Virus genome (UHGV): UHGV-0048026 | DNA length: 44,553 nucleotides | Origin: a virus | Reading direction: 5' to 3' (one strand) | Shown: one piece after another, positions 34,584-42,742 of the stretch | How positions within the stretch are numbered: position 1 is the first letter of the stretch | Layout of the letters: every line of letters begins with the position of its first letter | The notes under the pieces: model-generated | The model's input: only the letters and a program-made list of their open reading frames with translations | Told to the model about the DNA's origin: nothing | The model's database searches: none | Made by a program: the position numbers and the translations under genes

Positions 34584-35408
34584 TCAGAATGTCAGTTTGT
34601 CACTGGATTTACCGAATTTGTCAGACATGGCTCCCAGGCCAGCCAGGACATCGACCTGTCGCTGTCGCCCACCTCCGGGAGCGGCTGGCTGTTGCCAGAA
34701 TTCTTCGAAGTGACGATCGGGTCCAAAGAACGTCGCGGCCTGCTTCACGAACTGTGTGCCGGTATTTCCTGTAGCACGTACCCAGGCGGCATAACGTCTC
34801 ACACCATCAAGCATGGTCTCCGGTTTTATTCCCTCCCTGATACGGGCTTTCCAGGCTTTGAAGGCTGCTGACTTGGAATTGCCACCAGCACGTTTGGGAT
34901 ATTCCTGCCAGGCCTGTTCAAATTCCGGTGAATATTCCTGTCGGGCAGAGCGCGCTGGTGCAGACGCGTCAGCGGGTGCGCCAATTGTTGGTTCATTGAC
35001 TGGTTCTTTGACTGGTTCAAAAGAGTGACTGGTTCTGGGTGAATCTCCTGCACTACCCCCTGGTGCAACTCCTGCACCACCTGGTGAATTTGCTGCACTA
35101 GGTAGTGAATTATTTGCACTACCCCCTGGTGAATCTTTTGCACCATCAAGACGAAGAAGATAAATATTGCTCGAGTTCCCTTTTTCACCTTTCCGGGAAA
35201 CTTTTTTTACCAGTCCGGATTCACAAAGAGCCGTAATATGATTCATCACAGAACGTTTGCTAATCTCGCACTGATCAGCAATATGCTGATAGCTGGGCCA
35301 GCACTCGCCCTGATCGCTGGCATTATCAGCCAGCTTAATCAGAACCAGTTTTCGCAACGGATTTCCCACGCGAATTTTCATCGCTTTCACCATCAGCTCC
35401 ATGCTCAT
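34584..35408 (-). CDS. replication initiator (O-like, N-terminal HTH, Gly/Ser/Pro-rich linker)
   Basis: 274-aa ORF; N-terminal HTH-like segment; linker encoded by iteron-containing DNA; position upstream of loader and helicase. Confidence 0.75.
   Translation of the reverse strand: MSMELMVKAMKIRVGNPLRKLVLIKLADNASDQGECWPSYQHIADQCEISKRSVMNHITALCESGLVKKVSRKGEKGNSSNIYLLRLDGAKDSPGGSANNSLPSAANSPGGAGVAPGGSAGDSPRTSHSFEPVKEPVNEPTIGAPADASAPARSARQEYSPEFEQAWQEYPKRAGGNSKSAAFKAWKARIREGIKPETMLDGVRRYAAWVRATGNTGTQFVKQAATFFGPDRHFEEFWQQPAAPGGGRQRQVDVLAGLGAMSDKFGKSSDKLTF
34997..35135. repeat. putative replication origin iterons inside initiator gene
   Basis: three copies of TGACTGGTTC (34997, 35009, 35026) and four copies of TGCAC(T/C)-N-GGTG 17-19-mers (35049, 35072, 35096, 35115), followed by a moderately AT-rich stretch; lambda-type ori-in-O arrangement. 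Confidence 0.5.
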
Positions 35409-35629
35409 AACACACCTCCCAGGCGTTTAAACATTTTTCCGGACTGAAACGCCATCAACGGATAGCTAATGGTGTAGTTACGCCCCAGTAATTCACACAC
35501 GACTTTCTGGCTTTCGGTGCTGACCAGGCAAACCCGCAGAACGTGACCGTTGCTGGTGGCGAACCACTGCCCCACACGGGGGCAACGGTTGTATCGGTGA
35601 TACAGGGAATTAACGATGCGGCGAATCAT
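35405..35629 (-). CDS. hypothetical protein (74 aa)
   Basis: ORF overlapping neighbours by 4 nt on both sides (operon coupling). Confidence 0.5.
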   Translation of the reverse strand: MIRRIVNSLYHRYNRCPRVGQWFATSNGHVLRVCLVSTESQKVVCELLGRNYTISYPLMAFQSGKMFKRLGGVL

Positions 35630-35859
35630 GGATGTACCTCCTGCACATCAGCCATGAGCATTTTACTGGCTGTTTCCAGCGCCTGGTCGGCGCTAATTTG
35701 CATGACAGCCAGTGAATGAGGAACGAAAGTCCCGGCATATTCTGTTTCACTGGTGGCGTGCTTATGCGCCCTGTCTGCAATAACAGAGATGTCAATAAGC
35801 GCATCCATCAGAGTTTTAATTACCGTAACAGTGGTATCTGAATAATGGTTATTACACAT
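35626..35859 (-). CDS. hypothetical protein (77 aa)
   Basis: ORF coupled to flanking genes by short overlaps. Confidence 0.5.
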   Translation of the reverse strand: MCNNHYSDTTVTVIKTLMDALIDISVIADRAHKHATSETEYAGTFVPHSLAVMQISADQALETASKMLMADVQEVHP

Positions 35860-36517
35860 GACGCGCCTCCCGTTGATTACAGCGGAAAGCAGTGTGAGTC
35901 AGGCTGGTTTCGGCCTCATGAAATGCTTCAATACAGCTCTCGTAGTACCGCATTGTGCGCAGACTTAACCCAAGCTGAAGCATCATCAGACCATCAAGGG
36001 TGATGTAATAACCACGCAGGGAATCGCCATACACGTGGTAAGTACCCGGAATGAAATTACGGGAGAAGAATTCACGTGAGCAGTTCAGATACTCGATTTT
36101 GTCGACGATGTTCTGGTGCATGCGCTTAAAGTGGCAGGCAACATGCAGGGAGAAAATAACAGCTTTGCCGTTGACGACTTCGATTTTCAGGTATGGGGAA
36201 GTTGGGACTGTAGCCATGATGGCAGCCTCCGTATGCAATGGATAACTTCCACCACCGGAGGTTCCAATCTCACTGGTGGTGAACTGGACAGGGTTGGAAC
36301 TACCGGCGCATACGGAAACCGGCGAGCCTTTCGGCTCCCCTGCCCAGCCCACCATAATTCTGGCGTGCGTGAGCGCGGACGATAAAAAAGACGCTGGCGC
36401 GTCATATATCGCCGTATGCAATTCCGGGGTTCCAATCCCGACACCCGCTTTATAAGGTGCCAGAACAGTGTAACGTCCCGAAATTGCAGAATCAATATTT
36501 AGGCTTGAAACATTCAT
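35852..36517 (-). CDS. hypothetical protein (221 aa)
   Basis: long ORF with no recognised motif; weak SD. Confidence 0.55.
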   Translation of the reverse strand: MNVSSLNIDSAISGRYTVLAPYKAGVGIGTPELHTAIYDAPASFLSSALTHARIMVGWAGEPKGSPVSVCAGSSNPVQFTTSEIGTSGGGSYPLHTEAAIMATVPTSPYLKIEVVNGKAVIFSLHVACHFKRMHQNIVDKIEYLNCSREFFSRNFIPGTYHVYGDSLRGYYITLDGLMMLQLGLSLRTMRYYESCIEAFHEAETSLTHTAFRCNQREARHV

Positions 36518-36605
36518 ATGCTTACTGGTATTTTTACTAACGCAAATGTTCTTGGATGTTACTGGCTTACTTCTTTTGTGAAGTTGCCTTTACTAACGTT
36601 GAGCG

Positions 36606-36631
36606 AGCCGGGTCACTACCCGGCTTTTTTT
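36606..36631 (+). terminator. intrinsic terminator on the strand opposite to surrounding genes (candidate small RNA 3' end)
   Basis: AGCCGGGT-CACT-ACCCGGCT hairpin followed by T7 on the plus strand; no plus-strand CDS ends here. Confidence 0.45.
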
Positions 36632-37344
36632 CACCGCTGCCAACCAATAACCTGAAATAACCCCATTTTCGGGTGATACCAGCGAGTCCCTCGCGGTTCT
36701 GCTTCCTCCATAACCCGATAAAAAGCAGCCATAAACGGTTCCACAGCAACAATTGCGCGACGTGACAACAATCCGTCCGGCGTCATGAACTCATGGGTGT
36801 CTGTAGGAATTTGATAGGCATTCACCAGATTGCGGCATTTATCATCTGACAAACCGGTTTTTGCTTTCAGTTGGCGATATCCGGCATAGCCCTCACGAAT
36901 GGTACCCCTTTTGATTTGCTCAACTGTTTCGGCAACATGGCTGACTTTTTCTTCCACCTGAGTGATCCGTTTCTGCTGACGAACGGCTTCAAGAGCCATC
37001 GCAGCAACCATTTCAATTTCGCTCATTGGCTTACGGATCTGTTCTTCCAGTTCACGCCAGCGATCTACCAGGCGAGCAGTGAATTCAGGGCAGAGCTGTG
37101 CGACGACAATGATGCTGTCGCGCTTACCTTGTTCTCCTTCAAACAGGTAATGCTCATATTGAACTTTAAAACCTAAGTTATTGATTTTCTCGGAAACAGC
37201 CATTGGCGGTTTCCGGATGATGTTTTTAGCAACCAGGCGTTCGATACTACGTTTAACATCTGAGTGCTGACTACCCACCAGCTCTGCGATCTCAACGCTG
37301 GTCATGGATGCTTTGTCGTTAAAAATTGCGGTGTTCACTGCCAT
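36631..37344 (-). CDS. Rha-family phage regulatory protein
   Basis: N-terminal MTSVEIAELVGSQHSDVKRSIERL resembles the Rha (Phage_pRha) motif; start ambiguous (ATG 37344 with adjacent SD, or GTG 37338 with 6-nt spacing). Confidence 0.7.
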   Translation of the reverse strand: MAVNTAIFNDKASMTSVEIAELVGSQHSDVKRSIERLVAKNIIRKPPMAVSEKINNLGFKVQYEHYLFEGEQGKRDSIIVVAQLCPEFTARLVDRWRELEEQIRKPMSEIEMVAAMALEAVRQQKRITQVEEKVSHVAETVEQIKRGTIREGYAGYRQLKAKTGLSDDKCRNLVNAYQIPTDTHEFMTPDGLLSRRAIVAVEPFMAAFYRVMEEAEPRGTRWYHPKMGLFQVIGWQR

Positions 37345-37457
37345 CTCCTTACGGATAAATTCTTTTAAGATTCCGCACATTCGTACTTATTGGTGCCGAA
37401 CCTTCCTTCAGTTATCCTTTTGATCCCTATAAACAAAAGAACCAAAGGAGGTTCGAC

Positions 37458-37751
37458 ATGAAAGTTCAGGCCGTTGGTTTATTCTGGTTTCGCGATGCGA
37501 TTCAGTATCATGAGCTCAAAAATATTTTTACTGATGCTGATGTGCTCTCCGACAGTTACACCGAGTGGAAACACGACGCTGAAAAATTGATTAAGCGTGT
37601 CGAAAGAAGCGGGCAACGAGTTATTAAAGTTGAAGCGGATACAGCCGAGTTCATCACCTGGTGTACAAGCGAAGGCATTGGAATCAATGCCGAAGGTAGA
37701 ATGCAGTTCGCATCCTTTAAGGCTTACCAACAACTTCTCAGCGAACGCTAA
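37458..37751 (+). CDS. hypothetical protein (97 aa) on the strand opposite to the early-right operon
   Basis: strong SD AAAGGAGG 7 nt upstream of ATG; overlaps a 110-aa minus-strand ORF (37479..37811) so strand assignment is uncertain. Confidence 0.45.
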   Translation: MKVQAVGLFWFRDAIQYHELKNIFTDADVLSDSYTEWKHDAEKLIKRVERSGQRVIKVEADTAEFITWCTSEGIGINAEGRMQFASFKAYQQLLSER

Positions 37752-37821
37752 TGTGATTGGGGCAATCGAAATGGTTGCCCCATCGTATTTAATAGTTATT
37801 TTTTCGCTCATATCACCACCA

Positions 37822-38031
37822 TCACTTCTCCTCCCCCGTGTGCGCTAAGCTTGGGTGTGTATATGGAATGTTCGGATCCAGATGGCAGAGAATGGCAACA
37901 TCCTCCGGAACGCCCCGCGTTTTCCACTTTCCAACTCCCTGACTACCACGAGGCTTTCCTTTCTTTGGAAACCTACGGCCAATAGCGGCATTGGTTTTAA
38001 ATTGAGTTTTTAATATTTCATAAAGGGTCAT
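37822..38031 (-). CDS. Cro-position small basic protein (69 aa)
   Basis: divergent from CI-like repressor across a 111-bp region; SD GAGG 7 nt upstream; no clear HTH recognised. Confidence 0.45.
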   Translation of the reverse strand: MTLYEILKTQFKTNAAIGRRFPKKGKPRGSQGVGKWKTRGVPEDVAILCHLDPNIPYTHPSLAHTGEEK

Positions 38032-38142
38032 TCTTTAGCCTCACACCGGATACTCTGTTATCCAAGAATGTTAAACGCGAGAATCCAAAGTATCAAGAAA
38101 TTCTGTTACTTTAGTATCAACAGCCATGAAAGGAGAAGAAAA
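38032..38142. promoter_or_regulatory. divergent promoter/operator region (OR-like)
   Basis: palindrome GGATAC-N4-TTATCC (38048-38063), imperfect palindrome AGTATCAAG-N5-CTGTTACT (38089-38110) and second GTATCA (38114-38119). Confidence 0.4.
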
Positions 38143-38799
38143 ATGAAGTCTTTAGGTGAACGCCTCATCAACGCACGACAAAAAGCTGGGTTAACGCAAG
38201 ATGCGTTGGCTAAAAAAGCAGGGGTCACCAGAGTTGCAATCAGTAAAGCCGAGCAAGGCCTTACAAAAAGTTTCAACGGTGACACCCTTTTTAAAGTCGC
38301 AGCTGCACTGCAGTGTTCACCGCAGTGGCTTCAGAACGGAGATGAAAAAGATAAGCATTGGGAAAATAATGTTAAGAGCTGCCCACAGAGAGACACAGCA
38401 CACTCTTACCCTGTAATTAACTGGGTTCAGGCAGGATTATTCGCAACTGCTGGTGATGACTACAACATGTATGATCAGGATAACTGGAGGCATTCTGTAA
38501 AATACGCTGGTGAGAGGGGGTTCTGGCTGGAAGTGCACGGAGACTCAATGACTTCGCCCGTAGGAATAACATTTCCTGAAGGAATGTCGATCCTTGTCAA
38601 CCCAGATAAAGAAGTTTTTTCAGGGTGTTACGTCATCGCCAGAAAAAAATCCACCAATGAAGCAACATTCAAAAAATATATTTCTGAAATGGGAAAGGCG
38701 TTTCTAAAGCCCCTTAATCCACAATATCCAATCATAGAAATGGACAATGATTGCGAAATAGTAGGTGTTGTAGTTGATGCCAGGTGGGATATTTTCTGA
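38143..38799 (+). CDS. CI-like repressor (N-terminal HTH_XRE, C-terminal S24 LexA-type peptidase)
   Basis: 218 aa from ATG 38143 (SD AGGAG); HTH (LTQDALAKKAGVTRVAISKAEQG), catalytic Ser in GDSM and Lys in FKKY. Confidence 0.88.
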   Translation: MKSLGERLINARQKAGLTQDALAKKAGVTRVAISKAEQGLTKSFNGDTLFKVAAALQCSPQWLQNGDEKDKHWENNVKSCPQRDTAHSYPVINWVQAGLFATAGDDYNMYDQDNWRHSVKYAGERGFWLEVHGDSMTSPVGITFPEGMSILVNPDKEVFSGCYVIARKKSTNEATFKKYISEMGKAFLKPLNPQYPIIEMDNDCEIVGVVVDARWDIF

Positions 38800-38826
38800 C
38801 CAGACTCAAAACACAAAAAGAAACCA

Positions 38827-38898
38827 AAGTATCAGAAATCACTTGCCACACCTTGATACCTTAGTTACCATAAAACAAAGTTCGTAACTGAGGTATCA
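38827..38898. promoter_or_regulatory. OL-like operator/promoter region
   Basis: inverted repeat AAGTATCA-N18-TGATACCT (38827-38861) and AGGTATCA (38891-38898) directly upstream of the first early-left gene. Confidence 0.4.
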
Positions 38899-38902
38899 TC
38901 TC

Positions 38903-39406
38903 ATGATCAATAAAGCTACAACTCTTGACTGTCTTGAAGAACTGAAAAACCTCGGCAGTCTCATTACACTAATAGCCAAAGCAACGCCAGATGCTACGCT
39001 CTCTGGCGATATCGAGTCATGCGCAGGACTGGCATGGGATATGACAAATAGCATATCCAGAAAGCTATCGTCAGCAATGCTTTTACAGAACAAAAATTCT
39101 GCAATCAACAACCGTCTTCGCACCCAACGCGAAGCCTGCGGTTTAACAACCGCCGAACTCGCCAGGCTGCTCGATCTCGATGAAGAAATTATCATCCAGT
39201 GGGAGAGCGGAGAGTATGAACCAACCATCAGTATGCTTATCCCACTGGCAAATGTTCTTGGCTGTGATCCGATGCGGCTGTTAACTGGCGAGGTTACTCC
39301 TCCGGAGCAACCAAAAAGTGAGGAGCAGCAACACCATGACGCATCTCAACAAGTTTGCTCCTTATCTCGCGAAGCTCTTCTACGGAAGAACCAATACCAA
39401 TGGTGA
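38903..39406 (+). CDS. HTH_XRE domain protein (167 aa) in the position of lambda N
   Basis: central HTH (ACGLTTAELARLLDLDEEIIIQWESGEYEPTISMLIPLANVLGCDPMRLL); first gene after the OL-like repeats. Confidence 0.6.
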   Translation: MINKATTLDCLEELKNLGSLITLIAKATPDATLSGDIESCAGLAWDMTNSISRKLSSAMLLQNKNSAINNRLRTQREACGLTTAELARLLDLDEEIIIQWESGEYEPTISMLIPLANVLGCDPMRLLTGEVTPPEQPKSEEQQHHDASQQVCSLSREALLRKNQYQW

Positions 39407-39534
39407 CATAATCGCCGCTTCGCCCCTCAAGGTACATGCGAACATTTTTATCAATCATTGCGGAAACAGTCTCAATATGAAAACACTTCTGAGACTCGCT
39501 ATATAGCAGAACATATAAGTCAGCTGAGGAAGCC

Positions 39535-39900
39535 ATGAAAAAGTTCGAAAACATAACTGTTCTCCATGTTGATGACTTTGATTATACAAACCCGGAACTT
39601 CTCCCGGAGGTTGTAAAGGCAATAGATGTTGCCGATATAGTGATTAGAGGAAAGAGAATTGTCAAAAACAGGCTCGCATGCACTTCAGGAGCAATGACAG
39701 AAACAACCTCACAACAAGATGATTATGAAGGCATTTGTCTGGAGCCGGACTCATTTGCGGTAAATGTTTATCATTTATTGCATGCAACACAGGTATTACA
39801 TATGTCCAGTAATCACGAAACAAAAACACTTGGCAGCGAAATTCTGAATTTTGCATGTGAATATGCAAAATCTGCTGCCGAAAAAGAATTAGCGCAATAA
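39535..39900 (+). CDS. hypothetical protein (121 aa)
   Basis: ORF with SD GAGGAA. Confidence 0.55.
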   Translation: MKKFENITVLHVDDFDYTNPELLPEVVKAIDVADIVIRGKRIVKNRLACTSGAMTETTSQQDDYEGICLEPDSFAVNVYHLLHATQVLHMSSNHETKTLGSEILNFACEYAKSAAEKELAQ

Positions 39901-40096
39901 CAATAAATATTCCCTGAATGTTTATTACGGTTTTATCGCCGGGGATTGTTGCAACCTTTATTCGCAGGAGATTATGTTATGACCTTCCTGAAACATAAGG
40001 CATCGTATAAAACTGCCTGCCTCATTGCACAACATGAAGATTCTTATCTTCATATAGCCAACCTGTATTTGCGCAAAGCATATGGGAGATAAATAA

Positions 40097-40285
40097 ATGA
40101 AAGGAAAACAACAGAACATAACACATAAAAAAGTAAGAGTGTTGCTAACCATTGAAAATGGTGAAGTAATTTACTCAAAACATCTGTTGGATAATGAATT
40201 CGTTGGCTGCATGGATACATTTCTGTGGATGGCAAAAAGAGCGGGTTACACGATTATTCCACCGGCAAAGGAGCAAACATTATGA
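40097..40285 (+). CDS. hypothetical small protein (62 aa)
   Basis: stop overlaps next start (ATGA). Confidence 0.45.
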   Translation: MKGKQQNITHKKVRVLLTIENGEVIYSKHLLDNEFVGCMDTFLWMAKRAGYTIIPPAKEQTL

Positions 40286-40863
40286 ATCATTCAGAGTTCC
40301 GACCAGAAGTTACGCCACATGGCATAAAAATTGGCAATACAACCATTGATTATGTTGAGGCCGTACAGCGGCTTAATGATGGTGAATACGATTATCCAAA
40401 TTCTCACGGTTTAAGAATTATGCAATGTATTGCTGAAGCCGATGATGCCGGATTACTGGGACGATTTTCAGTCGATATGAAGATTGCTCAATGGCGATGG
40501 CTGTATGTGACGACGTTTATAAATGAAGAAGAAGGCAAGAACGGCACCATTGATATCCCTAACGATAACGGAACTACAGATCGCGCTGTTATTTATAAGG
40601 GGAAGCATGGTTGCATGAGTATATACCCAGGACCACTTCGCATTGCCCTGCAAAACCATGTCGAATGGGGATTTATTGAAAAATATGGCGAAGCTGAAGG
40701 CATGGGGCGAGTTCTGTTTCTCTATCAAAATATGCTCATCGCAGATCCTGATAATGGTTTCATTGTTTCTGCTATGGGGCGCGAAGGGCTTGAACTCCTT
40801 CTGGATGAAATGATTAACGACCTGAATACTCATGGTATGCCAGAAGCGCCAGTGACACATTAA
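40282..40863 (+). CDS. hypothetical protein (193 aa)
   Basis: ATG 40282 with SD AAGGAG; translationally coupled to the upstream 62-aa ORF. Confidence 0.6.
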   Translation: MNHSEFRPEVTPHGIKIGNTTIDYVEAVQRLNDGEYDYPNSHGLRIMQCIAEADDAGLLGRFSVDMKIAQWRWLYVTTFINEEEGKNGTIDIPNDNGTTDRAVIYKGKHGCMSIYPGPLRIALQNHVEWGFIEKYGEAEGMGRVLFLYQNMLIADPDNGFIVSAMGREGLELLLDEMINDLNTHGMPEAPVTH

Positions 40864-41040
40864 ATATTAAGAAGAAAATAATTCTTCCAGTTTTTTACTA
40901 ACCGTTTGTATGAAAAGCAACCGTGAATTAAACAGAGTAAAACTGATTTTAATCCTTGCCACAGTACTGACACTAACTGAAATCATTATTCTCTTTATTG
41001 TGCTGTCAGTCGGTTAAAAATATCGGGATACCACAGACCA

Positions 41041-41229
41041 ATGAGACTGTATTTCACAATAGTAATTTTACTGGCAATTATCGCATGTATTTACGGATTA
41101 CTTGTTCCGTTCCTTATATCCATGAAGGATACGATAGCAGTTATTTCTGGCTTTGCACTGGCGTTTCTGACCCCGCCCTGCATTTATGCCATTTACAAGG
41201 GTCTTTCTTTCACTAAGGATAAAAGATGA
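41041..41229 (+). CDS. small two-TM membrane protein (62 aa)
   Basis: hydrophobic ORF (MRLYFTIVILLAIIACIYGLLVPFLISMKDTIAVISGFALAFL...), stop overlaps start of SPFH gene. Confidence 0.5.
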   Translation: MRLYFTIVILLAIIACIYGLLVPFLISMKDTIAVISGFALAFLTPPCIYAIYKGLSFTKDKR

Positions 41230-42053
41230 AAAAAATTATTTTTGCTTTAGCCATTGTTCTGCCGACTATTGGCCTTGTCGGTTGCGATCGCGTTGAACCA
41301 GGTAATGTTGGCATCAAGGTAAATAAACTGGGCGACGACAAAGGCGTCGGTGAGGTGGTCGGTGTTGGTCGCTACTGGACTGGCTGGAATACTGAAGTTT
41401 ACATCTTCCCCACCTTCAAGCAAATGAAGACCTACGATGAACCGTTCAGTTTCCAGATGAGTGACGGTACAACCATCGGCTATCACATTGGCGTGGCCTA
41501 CAAAGTTGATCCATCCAAAGTTACCACGGTGTTTCAGACCTACCGCAAAGGCGTGGATGACATTACCGACACTGACCTGCGCCAGAAGATCGCCGACGCA
41601 CTCAACCGACTGGCCAGCAAAATGACCACTGACAAATTTATCGACGGCGGCAAGTCTGAGCTGCTGGATGCAGCCCTTAAAGACATTCAGGCAGAAATGA
41701 CGCCCATCGGTATTCAGGTAATGAGTCTCTCATATGTGGGTAAGCCGGAGTACCCGCCAACCGTTATCGACAGCATTAATGCCAAAGTCACGGCAAACCA
41801 GAAGACCCTGCAACGCGAACAGGAAGTAAAACAGCGCGAAGCGGAAGCCAACATGTTGCGCGCGGAAGCTGCCGGACAGGCTGACGCCATTCGCACAAAA
41901 GCCCAGGCCGAAGCCGATGCTATTCGTTTACGCGGTGAAGCTCTGCGCCAGAACCCTGGTGTTATGGAACTGGAAGCCATTAATAAATGGAACGGCACAC
42001 TGCCGCAATACATGACCAGCGGTGCCAGTACACCATTTATCCAGGTTAAATAA
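41226..42053 (+). CDS. SPFH/band-7 (prohibitin-like) family lipoprotein
   Basis: 275 aa; lipoprotein signal with lipobox LVGC; C-terminal A/E/R/Q-rich coiled coil typical of SPFH proteins. Confidence 0.75.
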   Translation: MKKIIFALAIVLPTIGLVGCDRVEPGNVGIKVNKLGDDKGVGEVVGVGRYWTGWNTEVYIFPTFKQMKTYDEPFSFQMSDGTTIGYHIGVAYKVDPSKVTTVFQTYRKGVDDITDTDLRQKIADALNRLASKMTTDKFIDGGKSELLDAALKDIQAEMTPIGIQVMSLSYVGKPEYPPTVIDSINAKVTANQKTLQREQEVKQREAEANMLRAEAAGQADAIRTKAQAEADAIRLRGEALRQNPGVMELEAINKWNGTLPQYMTSGASTPFIQVK

Positions 42054-42093
42054 CTTATACGCCCGGCAGACCGCCGGGCTAAGGGAAAAGCAG

Positions 42094-42465
42094 ATGAACA
42101 CCCATAATGCCCAACCGCAAATAATGAACTATGACCCGAATCTGACGTCATGCGGACGTATGGCAAAACAAACCGTTCGATTAACTTTCGGGTTATGGGA
42201 ATACCGCGAAACATTCGAAGTTACTGTCGGCGGCAATCTGACCGGACTGGATGTTATCAGTTGCGCTATTGAAAGCCTGTACGCAACACTGCCTTATGAA
42301 GAAGTCGAGGATGAGCGCACAGGGGGAACAGATATCATGGCCACCATTAATATTGGCGAACTGATATGTCAGGATGAAGACCTGTCCGGAGAACTCTGGC
42401 TTGCCGGGATGCTTATCTCAGCAGAAATTATCAGTATTGAACCCGCTACAAACATACGGCTCTGA
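42094..42465 (+). CDS. hypothetical protein (123 aa)
   Basis: ATG 42094 with SD AAGGGA-like upstream. Confidence 0.5.
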   Translation: MNTHNAQPQIMNYDPNLTSCGRMAKQTVRLTFGLWEYRETFEVTVGGNLTGLDVISCAIESLYATLPYEEVEDERTGGTDIMATINIGELICQDEDLSGELWLAGMLISAEIISIEPATNIRL

Positions 42466-42496
42466 AGTTCTCACTATTCAGAGAGCAGGAGAAAAA

Positions 42497-42739
42497 ATGT
42501 TCGCTTTGATTAATCAGGGACAACTGTATACCGACAGTGCCGGTTACCCGGTAAAAATTATTCGCTGCATAAATAACACTGTGTTGTACAGAAGAATGGA
42601 TGGGCGAACACAGTCGGTAAAAATAAACGATTTTAATGAACTGTTTGAACGGCTCGATCACCAGAAATACCGACAAATTCTGGCAGAAACAGAACAGGAA
42701 ACTCATCTGAAAAAATTACGGGTCATGAAAAGGAAATAA
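42497..42739 (+). CDS. hypothetical protein (80 aa)
   Basis: ATG 42497 with SD AGGAG. Confidence 0.5.
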   Translation: MFALINQGQLYTDSAGYPVKIIRCINNTVLYRRMDGRTQSVKINDFNELFERLDHQKYRQILAETEQETHLKKLRVMKRK

Positions 42740-42742
42740 AGA

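Noticed and set aside
38896-39554. Minus-strand ORFs 38896..39228 and 39294..39554, and plus-strand 39318..39506, overlapping the HTH gene
   Set aside because: Conflict with the HTH-containing plus-strand ORF, whose helix-turn-helix motif is a positive coding signal; 39294..39554 has a plausible SD so a real antisense gene cannot be excluded, but evidence is insufficient to call it
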